A stretch of 64,000 nt of DNA, from NCBI RefSeq assembly GCF_965279025.1, contig NZ_OZ257132.1:1993318-2057317 (forward strand). The letters are read 5' to 3'. Below are positions 18,506 to 26,431 of this stretch, piece after piece (within the stretch, counting starts at the first letter, position 1; every line of letters starts with the position of its first letter). This stretch comes from Ancylobacter sp. Lineage in GTDB: Bacteria; Pseudomonadota; Alphaproteobacteria; Rhizobiales; Xanthobacteraceae. The translations under genes were made by a program, and so were the position numbers. The notes below the pieces were generated by a model that was not told the DNA's origin, searched no databases, and saw nothing but the letters and a program-made list of their open reading frames with translations.

Positions 18506-19525
18506 TCAGTCCGGCTTCGCCACGCCGGGAGGGTCGGCCGCAAAGGTGTAGGTCGTGCCGATGGCGGACTGGCTGACGCTCTCCCCATAGGCCTCCGCCA
18601 GCGCGTGCAACGCGCGCCAGCCGGTACAGTGGCCGGTGATGATGTGGCCGATGTCGAAGGGGCGCAGCCCCTCCACCGTCTCGGGAATGAGCGTCTCCAT
18701 CACCCCGCCCAGATGCAACCCGCCCATGACGGCGTGGATCGGCAGGCCCGGGAAAAGCGCCTGCACCTGCGTGCACACATTGACGATTCCCGCATGCGAG
18801 CAGGCGCTGAACACGATCAGGCCAAGATCGCGCACATGCACCACCAGCATGCGCTCGTCCATCAGGAAGGGATCCGGCCGCCATTGGTCATTCGGGCCGG
18901 GACGGGACAGATGATCGGTGCGGCCCTTCTCGAAGCTGCTGACGCGCGGGATTTCGCCGCTGTAGTAAAAATGACCGTCGAGCAGCAGGCGCTCCCCGTC
19001 CTCATTTACCACGCGCCCGCCGAGCGCTTCCATCTGGGCAGGCGTCGGGACATTGGCGACGGGAATGACCGCACCGCTCTTCAGCAGCACGCCGCGTTCG
19101 TTGAACATGCCGGAATTGACGTGGACCGTCGGCGAACCGTTGTGTTCGCAGATCGCGGCGATGGCCTCGGGCAGCGCGCCCATGTGATCCCAATGGCCGT
19201 GGCTGACCGCGATGGCCTCGACCGAACCGAGGTCGAGGCCGAGATTCTTGACGTTCCGCAGGAAGATCGCGCCTTCGGGACCGGCGTCGAACAACAGCGT
19301 GTGCTCGGTATCGTCCCGCTTCGTGCGCAGGAGCAGGCCATAGCCAAGGTTGGCGGCAAGGAGAGTTTCGCCGGAAATCACGCCCGCGCCAGCGTTCACC
19401 ACATTGGTGAACTCGGAGACAGCAAACAGCGTCTTGCTGACATAGGTGTCACTGACATTGTCGGTGATAACATCCACCGTCAGCGCATCGACCGGCAGCA
19501 GATGCGTTGCCGTCCTGTTTGTCAT
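18506..19525 (-). CDS. MBL-fold metallo-hydrolase (COG1237-like)
   Basis: 'AVSHGHWDHMGA' (HxHxDH) and 'FSACSHAGIVN'. It is the first gene of a same-strand three-gene run. Confidence 0.8.
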   Translation of the reverse strand: MTNRTATHLLPVDALTVDVITDNVSDTYVSKTLFAVSEFTNVVNAGAGVISGETLLAANLGYGLLLRTKRDDTEHTLLFDAGPEGAIFLRNVKNLGLDLGSVEAIAVSHGHWDHMGALPEAIAAICEHNGSPTVHVNSGMFNERGVLLKSGAVIPVANVPTPAQMEALGGRVVNEDGERLLLDGHFYYSGEIPRVSSFEKGRTDHLSRPGPNDQWRPDPFLMDERMLVVHVRDLGLIVFSACSHAGIVNVCTQVQALFPGLPIHAVMGGLHLGGVMETLIPETVEGLRPFDIGHIITGHCTGWRALHALAEAYGESVSQSAIGTTYTFAADPPGVAKPD

Positions 19526-19680
19526 GGCCTCTCTCCGCTGGCGCGATGGCGCTCATCTGACCTCCGAGGCTCGGCAGAGATCAGGCCGCCACCGAGGGTA
19601 CGAATCCCTCGTTGCACTATAGCGGGCTCCCGGGTGGTTTGCGTGCCATCCATGCCGGTCGCCGCGAGGCTACAGCTCCC
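19526..19680 (-). promoter_or_regulatory. structured 155-nt leader upstream of the MBL / COG0523 / M14 operon (function unknown)
   Basis: Minus-strand RNA hairpins: CGAGGG-ATTCGTA-CCCTCG (19593..19611), and an 8-bp stem CUGAUCUC/GAGGUCAG (19557..19584) that needs a G.U pair and therefore forms fully only in the sense RNA. Confidence 0.3.
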
Positions 19681-20496
19681 TCAAATTGGCAAACCGAATT
19701 GCTGGCGCAGCGCCTTGTCGAACAGCCGGGCGGGCATGAGGCGGCGCAGCAGGCTAACCTGTTTCGCCACCTTGCCCACCGGGTAGCGCAGCCTGTGGCG
19801 GGACGCCGTGGCCGCCCGGAGCACCGCTTCCGCCACCTCTTCCGGCGTGACCGCCTTCGGCAACGACTTCCTGATGAAGTCATGAACCCAGGCGCGGCCG
19901 CCATCGTACTCCGGCTTCTTGGCGTCAGGCTCCAGCGCGCTCTGGTCGAAATTGCCGGTCACCGTTCCGGGCTCGATCAGGGCGACGCGGACATTGAAGG
20001 CGCGGACCTCGTGATCGAGCGACTCGGAATAGCCCTCAACAGCGAACTTGCTTCCGGCATAATGGGCCGAATACGGCGCGGGGATGAACCCGAGCGCGCT
20101 GCTGAGATTGACGATGCGGCCCTCCCCGCGCGCCCGCATCGACGGCAACACCGCGTTGATGACCCGGACAATTCCGAACAGATTGACGTCGTAAAGGCGC
20201 TGAACCTGCGCGGTCGAGGATTCCTCGGCGCCCCCGAACATGCCGACGCCTGCATTGTTGACGAGAACGTCGATGCGTCCGGTGCGCGCGAGCACCTCCG
20301 ACACGAGGGCGGCCACCGAGCCGTCATCCGTCACGTCGCAGGCCAGCATCGTGACATGGCCCGGGGCGGTTCCGCCCGGTTTGCGGCTGGTGCCGAAGAC
20401 GGTGAAGCCTGCCCGCGTGAGGGCCTCGGCGCTCGCCCGGCCGATGCCGGACGACGCCCCCGTCACAAGAGCGGTTTTCGGAGAGTGAGAGGACAT
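19681..20496 (-). CDS. SDR-family oxidoreductase
   Basis: 'ALVTGASSGIGRASAEAL', 'NNAG' and 'YAGSKFAVEG'. Confidence 0.85.
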   Translation of the reverse strand: MSSHSPKTALVTGASSGIGRASAEALTRAGFTVFGTSRKPGGTAPGHVTMLACDVTDDGSVAALVSEVLARTGRIDVLVNNAGVGMFGGAEESSTAQVQRLYDVNLFGIVRVINAVLPSMRARGEGRIVNLSSALGFIPAPYSAHYAGSKFAVEGYSESLDHEVRAFNVRVALIEPGTVTGNFDQSALEPDAKKPEYDGGRAWVHDFIRKSLPKAVTPEEVAEAVLRAATASRHRLRYPVGKVAKQVSLLRRLMPARLFDKALRQQFGLPI

Positions 20497-20610
20497 AGTT
20501 GCTGATCCGGTTTGCTGGACGAGGGAACGGGCGCGTCATTGCGGCCCACATAGTCGCCGCCGGCTGGCGCCGCAGGGCCGGCCATGCGGCAGGGTGAGGC
20601 GCCGCCGCCG

Positions 20611-21612
20611 TTACTTCAGCCGGACGACGACCTTGCCTTTGGACCGTCCGGTATCGAGATAGGCCAAGGCCTCGTTGGTCGCTTCGAACGGGAAGACCCG
20701 ATCCATGATCGGGCGTATGGCCCCGGCCTCGATCAGCGCCGTGATCCGGCTCAACTGCCCGCCATCCGCCCGCATGAACAGGAAGGAATAGCCGATGCCT
20801 CGGCGTGAGGCCTTCCTTCGGATACCGAAACTCAGAAGGCGCATGAGCTGCCGCAGCCCCCAGTTCAAGCCCTTCTGCCGGGCGAAATCGGGGTCCGGCG
20901 GGCCGGAGATGGAAATCAGCTTTCCGCCGGGCTTCAGCACGGTCAGGGATTTTCGGAGCGTGTCGCCGTCCAGGCTGTTCAAGACGACATCGTAACCCGT
21001 CAGGACTTTCTCGAAGTCCTGCGTCTTGTAGTCGATCACGACATCGGCGCCGAGGCTTCGGACCAGATCGACATTGGCGGTGCTGGTGGTGGTCGCGACC
21101 GTTGCGCCGATGTGCTTGGCCAGTTGGATTGCGAATGTCCCGACGCCGCCCGAACCCGCGTGGATGAGGATCTTCTGCCCGTTGCGCAGACCGGCGCGGT
21201 CGACCAGGGCCTGCCAGGCGGTGAGCCCGACCAGAGGGATGGACGCGGCCTCCTCCATGGTCAGGTTCTTCGGCTTCAGCGCGAGATCATCCTCATGGAC
21301 GGCAATCCGCTCCGCGAAGGTTCCAACCCGGCCATCGCGCGGACGTGCATAGACCTCGTCGCCCGCCTTGAAGCGGCGGACCTTCGTGCCAACCCGCGCG
21401 ACCCTTCCCGCCATGTCGTGCCCCAGAATCAAAGGCGGGCGATAGGGAAGAATCGGTTTGAAGGCGCCATCTCGGATTTTGGCATCCAGAGGGTTGAGCC
21501 CGGCGGCGTAGACCTCGACCAGGACATCCTCATCCCCCACTTCCGGCTCCGGCCTGTCGCCGAAGCGCAGGACGCCGCTCTTCTTGTACGTATCGAGGGT
21601 GAAGGCCTTCAT
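20611..21612 (-). CDS. NADPH:quinone oxidoreductase / zinc-type alcohol dehydrogenase-like (MDR family)
   Basis: 'MKAFTLDTYKK...DVLVEVYAAGLNPLDAKIRDG' and 'ILIHAGSGGVGTFAIQLAK'. Start at the internal ATG 21612. The track ORF extension is Arg/Pro-rich noise. Confidence 0.85.
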   Translation of the reverse strand: MKAFTLDTYKKSGVLRFGDRPEPEVGDEDVLVEVYAAGLNPLDAKIRDGAFKPILPYRPPLILGHDMAGRVARVGTKVRRFKAGDEVYARPRDGRVGTFAERIAVHEDDLALKPKNLTMEEAASIPLVGLTAWQALVDRAGLRNGQKILIHAGSGGVGTFAIQLAKHIGATVATTTSTANVDLVRSLGADVVIDYKTQDFEKVLTGYDVVLNSLDGDTLRKSLTVLKPGGKLISISGPPDPDFARQKGLNWGLRQLMRLLSFGIRRKASRRGIGYSFLFMRADGGQLSRITALIEAGAIRPIMDRVFPFEATNEALAYLDTGRSKGKVVVRLK

Positions 21613-21704
21613 GAGGGTGCGCTCTCTGGATTCCTGCGGATAACCCGCCACCGGTCGGAGGGCCGGGACTGTTGCCGGCGAGCCGGGCCGTGGCGGGCAA
21701 AGGC

Positions 21705-22493
21705 TCAGTCGGCCGTCCGGTAACGCGCGGCGGCGTGTTCCTGGCGGGTGTTCGGCAGCATGGCCTGACGCGCCGCCTGAAAGGCGTTCCACTGTTCCAC
21801 ATCGGGCAGCGGCGGGATGGTGACGGCCTCGCGGCGGTCGAAGCCGGTCATGGCGGCATCGACCAACTCGTTGACGTCCATCACCCCGGTCATGGTGCTG
21901 ACATCGGCGCCGACATGGCCCCATAGCTCGGTGCGCGTGGCGGCGGGAAGCACCGCCTGCACATAGACGCCCTTCGGGCCGAGCTCGAGGCTGAGCCCCT
22001 GCGACAGGAACAGCGCGAACGCCTTGGTGGCACCATAGACGGTCATGGCAAATTCCGGCGCCAGCCCGACCACCGAGCCGACATTGACGATCGCGCCCGC
22101 GCCGGCCTGTGCGAGACGCGGCGCGATCGCACTGGCCAACCGAAGGACGGCGGTGGTGTTGAGGGCAAGCAGCTGCGCGACATCATCGGTGCTCTGCTCG
22201 ATGAAGCTGCCGCCAATGGCCGTTCCAGCATTGTTGATCAGGATACCGATGCGGGCGTCGTCGCGCAGCCGGGCCTCCACGGCCGCGAGGTCGGCGGGCT
22301 GTGTCAGGTCGGCCGCGATGATGTCGATCGCCACGCCAGTCTCTTCGCGCAGGCGAGCCGCCAGCGCCTCCATGCGCGCCGTGTTGCGGGCAACCAGCAC
22401 CAGATCATGGCCACGGCGGGCAAAACGTTCGGCATAAGCCGCGCCGATGCCGGTCGAGGCGCCGGTGATGAGAACGGAGGGATGGGCGGGCAT
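21705..22493 (-). CDS. SDR-family oxidoreductase
   Basis: 'VLITGASTGIGAAYAERFARRGHDLVLVAR', 'NNAG' and 'YGATKAFALF'. Start at ATG 22493. Confidence 0.85.
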   Translation of the reverse strand: MPAHPSVLITGASTGIGAAYAERFARRGHDLVLVARNTARMEALAARLREETGVAIDIIAADLTQPADLAAVEARLRDDARIGILINNAGTAIGGSFIEQSTDDVAQLLALNTTAVLRLASAIAPRLAQAGAGAIVNVGSVVGLAPEFAMTVYGATKAFALFLSQGLSLELGPKGVYVQAVLPAATRTELWGHVGADVSTMTGVMDVNELVDAAMTGFDRREAVTIPPLPDVEQWNAFQAARQAMLPNTRQEHAAARYRTAD

Positions 22494-22525
22494 GGGTTGC
22501 TCTCTCGTCAATTCGTGGCCATATA

Positions 22526-22569
22526 CATGATGAACATCATGATTGATTCTAAATATGACGATCATCATG
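22526..22569. promoter_or_regulatory. candidate TetR operator pair in the SDR/TetR divergent region
   Basis: A perfect palindrome CATGATG-AA-CATCATG (22526..22541) and an imperfect palindrome ATGACGATCATCAT (22555..22568) share the CATCATG half-site. Confidence 0.3.
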
Positions 22570-22603
22570 TAATTGTCAATGACGTGCGTCGGAGGAATCT
22601 GAA

Positions 22604-23167
22604 ATGAAGGTCAGCCGCGAGCAGATGGCGGAGAACCGCCGCCGCATCCTCGACGCTGCCAGCGTGCTGTTTCGCGACAGAGGGTTCGATGCCGTCAGCG
22701 TTGCCGAGGTGATGAAGGTGGCCGGGCTCACCCATGGCGGCTTCTATGGGCATTTCGGTTCAAAGGATGATCTGGTCGCGCAGACGCTGGTCCACGCCCT
22801 GGCGGTGGACGCTGGCGGAAATGGCGATTTCAACCATTATCTGCGCACCTATCTGTCGCCGCGCCATCGCGACAACCCGGCCGCGGGTTGCCCCGTGGCG
22901 GGCCTTGCCGCCGCCATCCGCCACCAGACCCCCGCGGCACGCGCGGCGATGACGGAAGGGCTTCGCTCGCAGATCGCCCGTATCGAGACGGCGCTCCCGG
23001 AGGCGCCTCCGGCCGACCGGCGTCAGGCAGCGATTGGAAGCTGGGCCGCGATGATCGGCGCGGTTATACTCGCCCGCGCCATTGATGACCCCGCTCTTTC
23101 AGACGAAATTCTCGAGCAGACCCGGGCCTGGATCGAGGCGGGGATCGAGGAGGGGGCAGCCCTGTAA
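22604..23167 (+). CDS. TetR/AcrR-family transcriptional regulator
   Basis: 'ILDAASVLFRDRGFDAVSVAEVMKVAGLTHGGFYGHFGSKDDL'. Confidence 0.85.
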   Translation: MKVSREQMAENRRRILDAASVLFRDRGFDAVSVAEVMKVAGLTHGGFYGHFGSKDDLVAQTLVHALAVDAGGNGDFNHYLRTYLSPRHRDNPAAGCPVAGLAAAIRHQTPAARAAMTEGLRSQIARIETALPEAPPADRRQAAIGSWAAMIGAVILARAIDDPALSDEILEQTRAWIEAGIEEGAAL

Positions 23168-23425
23168 TTCCGAGGCCCACGAGTGGAGTTGGATCGCATC
23201 TTCGGCTAGCGGCACGCCACCCACCAATTCGACGTGGACTTCGAAGCGTGCGTTACGAAGGTAGCCTTTGCGTCAATTTCGCCCTCGGCAACATGGGGCG
23301 ATACGTCAGCAGCTCGATTGACGTCCCCAATAGCTGACGGACAGTCACCGGCCCCAAGCCGGTCATTCGTCATAGCGGCTGTGAGCCGGCGGCTTTTACT
23401 CATGGGATCGGCGGGCCCGCGGCGG

Positions 23426-23851
23426 TCAGCTTGCCGGGATGAAACGCAGCGTGCCGGCCCGGCGCGTCGGCTTTCCGGTGTCGCTGGTGTGGTTGATGCC
23501 GTCCATGACCGGCACCTCGGGAAAATCGAACGGGCTTATGCCGTCGAGGCAGGCGACGTTGACGGCGTACAGGCGCTGGTCGGAGCGGCGCTGATGGTGG
23601 GTGTAGATTCCGCAGCGCGAACAGAAGAAGTGCTGCGCGGCGCCGGTGTGGAAACGGTAGCTGGTCAGCATCTCCGCGCCCTGCAAAATGTCGATCCCAC
23701 CCATTTCAGCCATCACCACCACCGCGCCGCGCATGCGGCAATAGGAGCAGGTGCAGCGCCGGATCGAGTTGAAGCCCTCGCTGAGCGCCAGGGTGAAGCG
23801 CACCGCCCCACAATGGCACTGGCCAGATCGCGTGTTCATGTCGCTCGCCAT
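23426..23851 (-). CDS. GFA (glutathione-dependent formaldehyde-activating / CENP-V-like) family protein
   Basis: 141 aa with Cys clusters 'GQCHCGAVRF', 'RCTCSYCR' and 'FCSRCG'. An AAGGA Shine-Dalgarno sequence precedes ATG 23851. The 382-aa track ORF is an artefactual extension. Confidence 0.75.
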   Translation of the reverse strand: MASDMNTRSGQCHCGAVRFTLALSEGFNSIRRCTCSYCRMRGAVVVMAEMGGIDILQGAEMLTSYRFHTGAAQHFFCSRCGIYTHHQRRSDQRLYAVNVACLDGISPFDFPEVPVMDGINHTSDTGKPTRRAGTLRFIPAS

Positions 23852-23898
23852 GTCGTTCCTTGTCGATGTCTCACGCGGCGCCGGCCTGCGTCGCGCGC

Positions 23899-25137
23899 TC
23901 ACCGCCTTGCCAGCTTCGGCCCGAGGGCGAGGGCGAGCGGCAGGTTGACGAGTGCGGCGACGGCGGTTCCCAGCGTCGCGATGACGGGGCCGGCCTGATC
24001 GCCTATCGCGCCGAACAGCAGCGGCGACAAGGCCCCCGAGCCGATGACGCCCGTATAGAAGATGGCGAAGGCCCGCTCGGTCCGATCCGCCGGTGCCAGT
24101 TCGGGCACGGTGCCGTACAGCACCGAGGACGTGCCGTTCAGCGTCAGCCCGAGCAGTGGCAGGAGCACCAGCAGCGGCCCAAGCGGCAGGAAGGCGGCAA
24201 GCGCGATCATCAGCGCCGTGAGCCCCTCGGTACACAGGGTGACTCCGACAATGCCCCAGCGCTGGGCGAGCCAGCCGCAGGCCAGCTTGCCCGCCGCACC
24301 GCCCAGGAAGACCAGCGCCAGCGCCGTGCCGATGAGCGGCTGCGAGGCCCCCTTCAACTGCAGCAGGAAGGGCAGGAAGGTGAGGAAGCCCATGCGCACG
24401 CCGGTGTCGATCACCCCGATGGACAGCAGCAGCGGGAAGCCGCTTCCGCCGCGCGGCGGCGCGGAACGCTGGGCGGGAGGCGGCGGGGCGGGCGCGATCT
24501 TCGGCATGGAGACGGCGATGAGGCCGGCGACCGCGATCCCCGCCAGCGCCAGCAGCCAGAGCGAGGGGCGCCATGGCGCGAAGGACAGGCCAAAGGCAAG
24601 CGCCGCCGGAATGATCGCCTTGCCGAGGTCGCCGCTGAAATTATAGGTGCCGAGCGGCCCGCGCGCCGCCGATCCATAGGCGCGCGATACCGCGCTGGAG
24701 GCGATGGGATGCTGGACGCTGGAGCCGGCCCCGGCGAGGAACAGCGCCGCGCAGAGCCCCAGCGCGCCGCCGCTGAAGCCGGCCAGCCCATAGCCGGCCG
24801 CGGCGATCAACGTGCCGAGGATCAGCACCGCGCGCCCGCCCATATGATCGGCGAGCCAGCTCGCCGGCACCTGCAGCGCGGCCATGGCCCCGGCATAGAG
24901 CCCGCGCAGCAGCGCCAGCGCGACATAGTCGAGCCCGAACTCGGCCCGCCAGACCGGAAGCAGCACATAGATCGCGTCGGTGTAGCCATCATGCAGCGCG
25001 TGGGCGAGGCCGGAGAGCACCAGCGTGCGCCGGCGCGTGTCCGGCGGGCAGGACGGCGCCGGCGACGCGGCGGATCGGGACAGGAAGGATGCTTTTGTCA
25101 CTTCATCGATATGCGACGGCTGGACGGCGGGCCGCAA
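23899..25137 (-). CDS. MFS transporter
   Basis: 412 aa of hydrophobic 12-TM-like sequence, divergent from a LysR gene. Confidence 0.8.
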   Translation of the reverse strand: MRPAVQPSHIDEVTKASFLSRSAASPAPSCPPDTRRRTLVLSGLAHALHDGYTDAIYVLLPVWRAEFGLDYVALALLRGLYAGAMAALQVPASWLADHMGGRAVLILGTLIAAAGYGLAGFSGGALGLCAALFLAGAGSSVQHPIASSAVSRAYGSAARGPLGTYNFSGDLGKAIIPAALAFGLSFAPWRPSLWLLALAGIAVAGLIAVSMPKIAPAPPPPAQRSAPPRGGSGFPLLLSIGVIDTGVRMGFLTFLPFLLQLKGASQPLIGTALALVFLGGAAGKLACGWLAQRWGIVGVTLCTEGLTALMIALAAFLPLGPLLVLLPLLGLTLNGTSSVLYGTVPELAPADRTERAFAIFYTGVIGSGALSPLLFGAIGDQAGPVIATLGTAVAALVNLPLALALGPKLARR

Positions 25138-25174
25138 ACGACTAATTTCACCGCATGACGTCAGATAAACTCAC

Positions 25175-26080
25175 ATGACCGCCCCCTCGAAAGAACGCCC
25201 ATTGCCGCCGCTCAACGCCGTGCGGGCGTTCGAGGCGGCGGCGCGCCGGTTGAGCTTCAAGGACGCTGCGGCGGAACTCGGCGTCACCCATGGCGCGGTC
25301 AGCCGGCAGATAAGGCTGCTGGAGGAATGGCTCGGCCCGCCGGCGCTGTTTCGCCGTCTGAGCCACGGCGTCGCCCTCACGGCTGAGGGCCGGGCGCTGC
25401 TCGCCGATATCCAGCCCGCGCTGGAGCGCATCGCGCGAGCGGCCTCGGCCCATGGCAGCAGGCCCAGCGGCACGGTGGTGCTGAAGGTAAACGCGCTCGC
25501 CACCTTCAGCCTGCGCTGGCTGGTACCGAAGCTCGGCCGGCTGCGCGAGGCGCATCCCGACATCGCCATCGACCTCACGACCGGCAGCGAGCCGGTGGAC
25601 GGGCTGGCCGGCGAGTACGACCTGATCATTCGCGGCGGGCCGGATGCCTTTAACGGCTTCGAGGCCCGCCTGCTGTTGCCGGAGCGGCGGCTGCCCGCCT
25701 GCAGCCCGTCGCTGTTGCACCGCCAGCCGCTGGACGAGGTGGGCGACCTGGCGCGGCACACGCTTTTGCAGGTCGCCAGCATGCCCCGGCTGTGGCGCGA
25801 CTGGTTGGCGAAGGCCGGGCATGGCGCGCTCGAACCGGCGGCGACGCTGATGCTCGACCATTTCTACCTCTCGATCCAGGCGGCGGTAGACGGGCTCGGC
25901 GTGGCAATGGCGCCGTCCACCCTGATCGAGGATGATCTGCGAGCTGGGCGGCTGGTGACGCCCTTTCCGCAGATCTCGCTGCCGTCGCGCGGCTATTTCG
26001 CCTACACCCCGGTCGACTCGCCGCTGCGCACCGCCAGCGAAAGGGTCTGCGCGTGGATCGAGGCGGTGCCCGCACATTAG
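25175..26080 (+). CDS. LysR-family transcriptional regulator (GcvA-like)
   Basis: 'LPPLNAVRAFEAAARRLSFKDAAAELGVTHGAVSRQIRLLEE' followed by a substrate-binding domain. Confidence 0.9.
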   Translation: MTAPSKERPLPPLNAVRAFEAAARRLSFKDAAAELGVTHGAVSRQIRLLEEWLGPPALFRRLSHGVALTAEGRALLADIQPALERIARAASAHGSRPSGTVVLKVNALATFSLRWLVPKLGRLREAHPDIAIDLTTGSEPVDGLAGEYDLIIRGGPDAFNGFEARLLLPERRLPACSPSLLHRQPLDEVGDLARHTLLQVASMPRLWRDWLAKAGHGALEPAATLMLDHFYLSIQAAVDGLGVAMAPSTLIEDDLRAGRLVTPFPQISLPSRGYFAYTPVDSPLRTASERVCAWIEAVPAH

Positions 26081-26260
26081 TGGCGGTGCTGGCTAGCGGC
26101 GACCGACAATGGGAGGCGTAGTCTCTATCCCCACCGCACCTCCGGCCGCCTTCGGGCACAGGTCTACCGGCACGGAGAGACGCACGGTGGAGGCCGAGAG
26201 CGTTGCGCGTGAGCTGTCAAAGGTCAGCCCCAGGAATGGCGATAGCCGCTTGGTCGACAG

Positions 26261-26377
26261 GCCCAGAGGGCGCTCAACGGTCGATCTGGGGTGCAGCAAT
26301 TTAAAAATGTGGGGCGGCTAACAGGCCTCGTCCCGAAACTTGTTCGAAATCAAAGATTTAAGCTAAATAACTGGCGG
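26261..26377. repeat. left copy of the island-flanking imperfect direct repeat (attL-like)
   Basis: It aligns with 47287..47421. Shared blocks are GTGCAGCAATT[T/C]AAAAATGTGGGG (26291..26314 vs 47323..47346) and a 21-bp core TTTAAGCTAAA[T/A]AACTGGCGG (26357..26377 vs 47401..47421). The last 6 nt of the right-hand core copy are the 3' end of tRNA-Ser. Confidence 0.7.
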
Positions 26378-26431
26378 GCCGCGAGCGACCAAGAAGAGAA
26401 CTATGTGTTCGCTATAGCCCTATGATGCCTG

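Noticed and set aside
19526-19680. Assignment of the leader to a known riboswitch class (cobalamin, TPP, Moco, ZTP, guanidine-I, c-di-GMP-I, glycine, SAM-II).
   Set aside because: Only short chance matches appear, such as CCUGAUC, CCCGGGAG and ACGCAAA. The diagnostic conserved cores of each class are absent. It is kept only as an unclassified structured leader.
23426-24574. A 382-aa ORF spanning the GFA gene and the 3' part of the MFS gene.
   Set aside because: Only the last 141 codons, starting at ATG 23851 with an AAGGA Shine-Dalgarno sequence, look like protein (GFA Cys motifs). The upstream part is antisense to the MFS transporter and Arg/Pro/Ala-rich.
26109-26321. A 70-aa ORF lying over the left direct repeat.
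   Set aside because: The equivalent stretch in the right repeat copy has a 1-nt indel that changes the frame. The similarity is therefore at the DNA level and not protein-coding.
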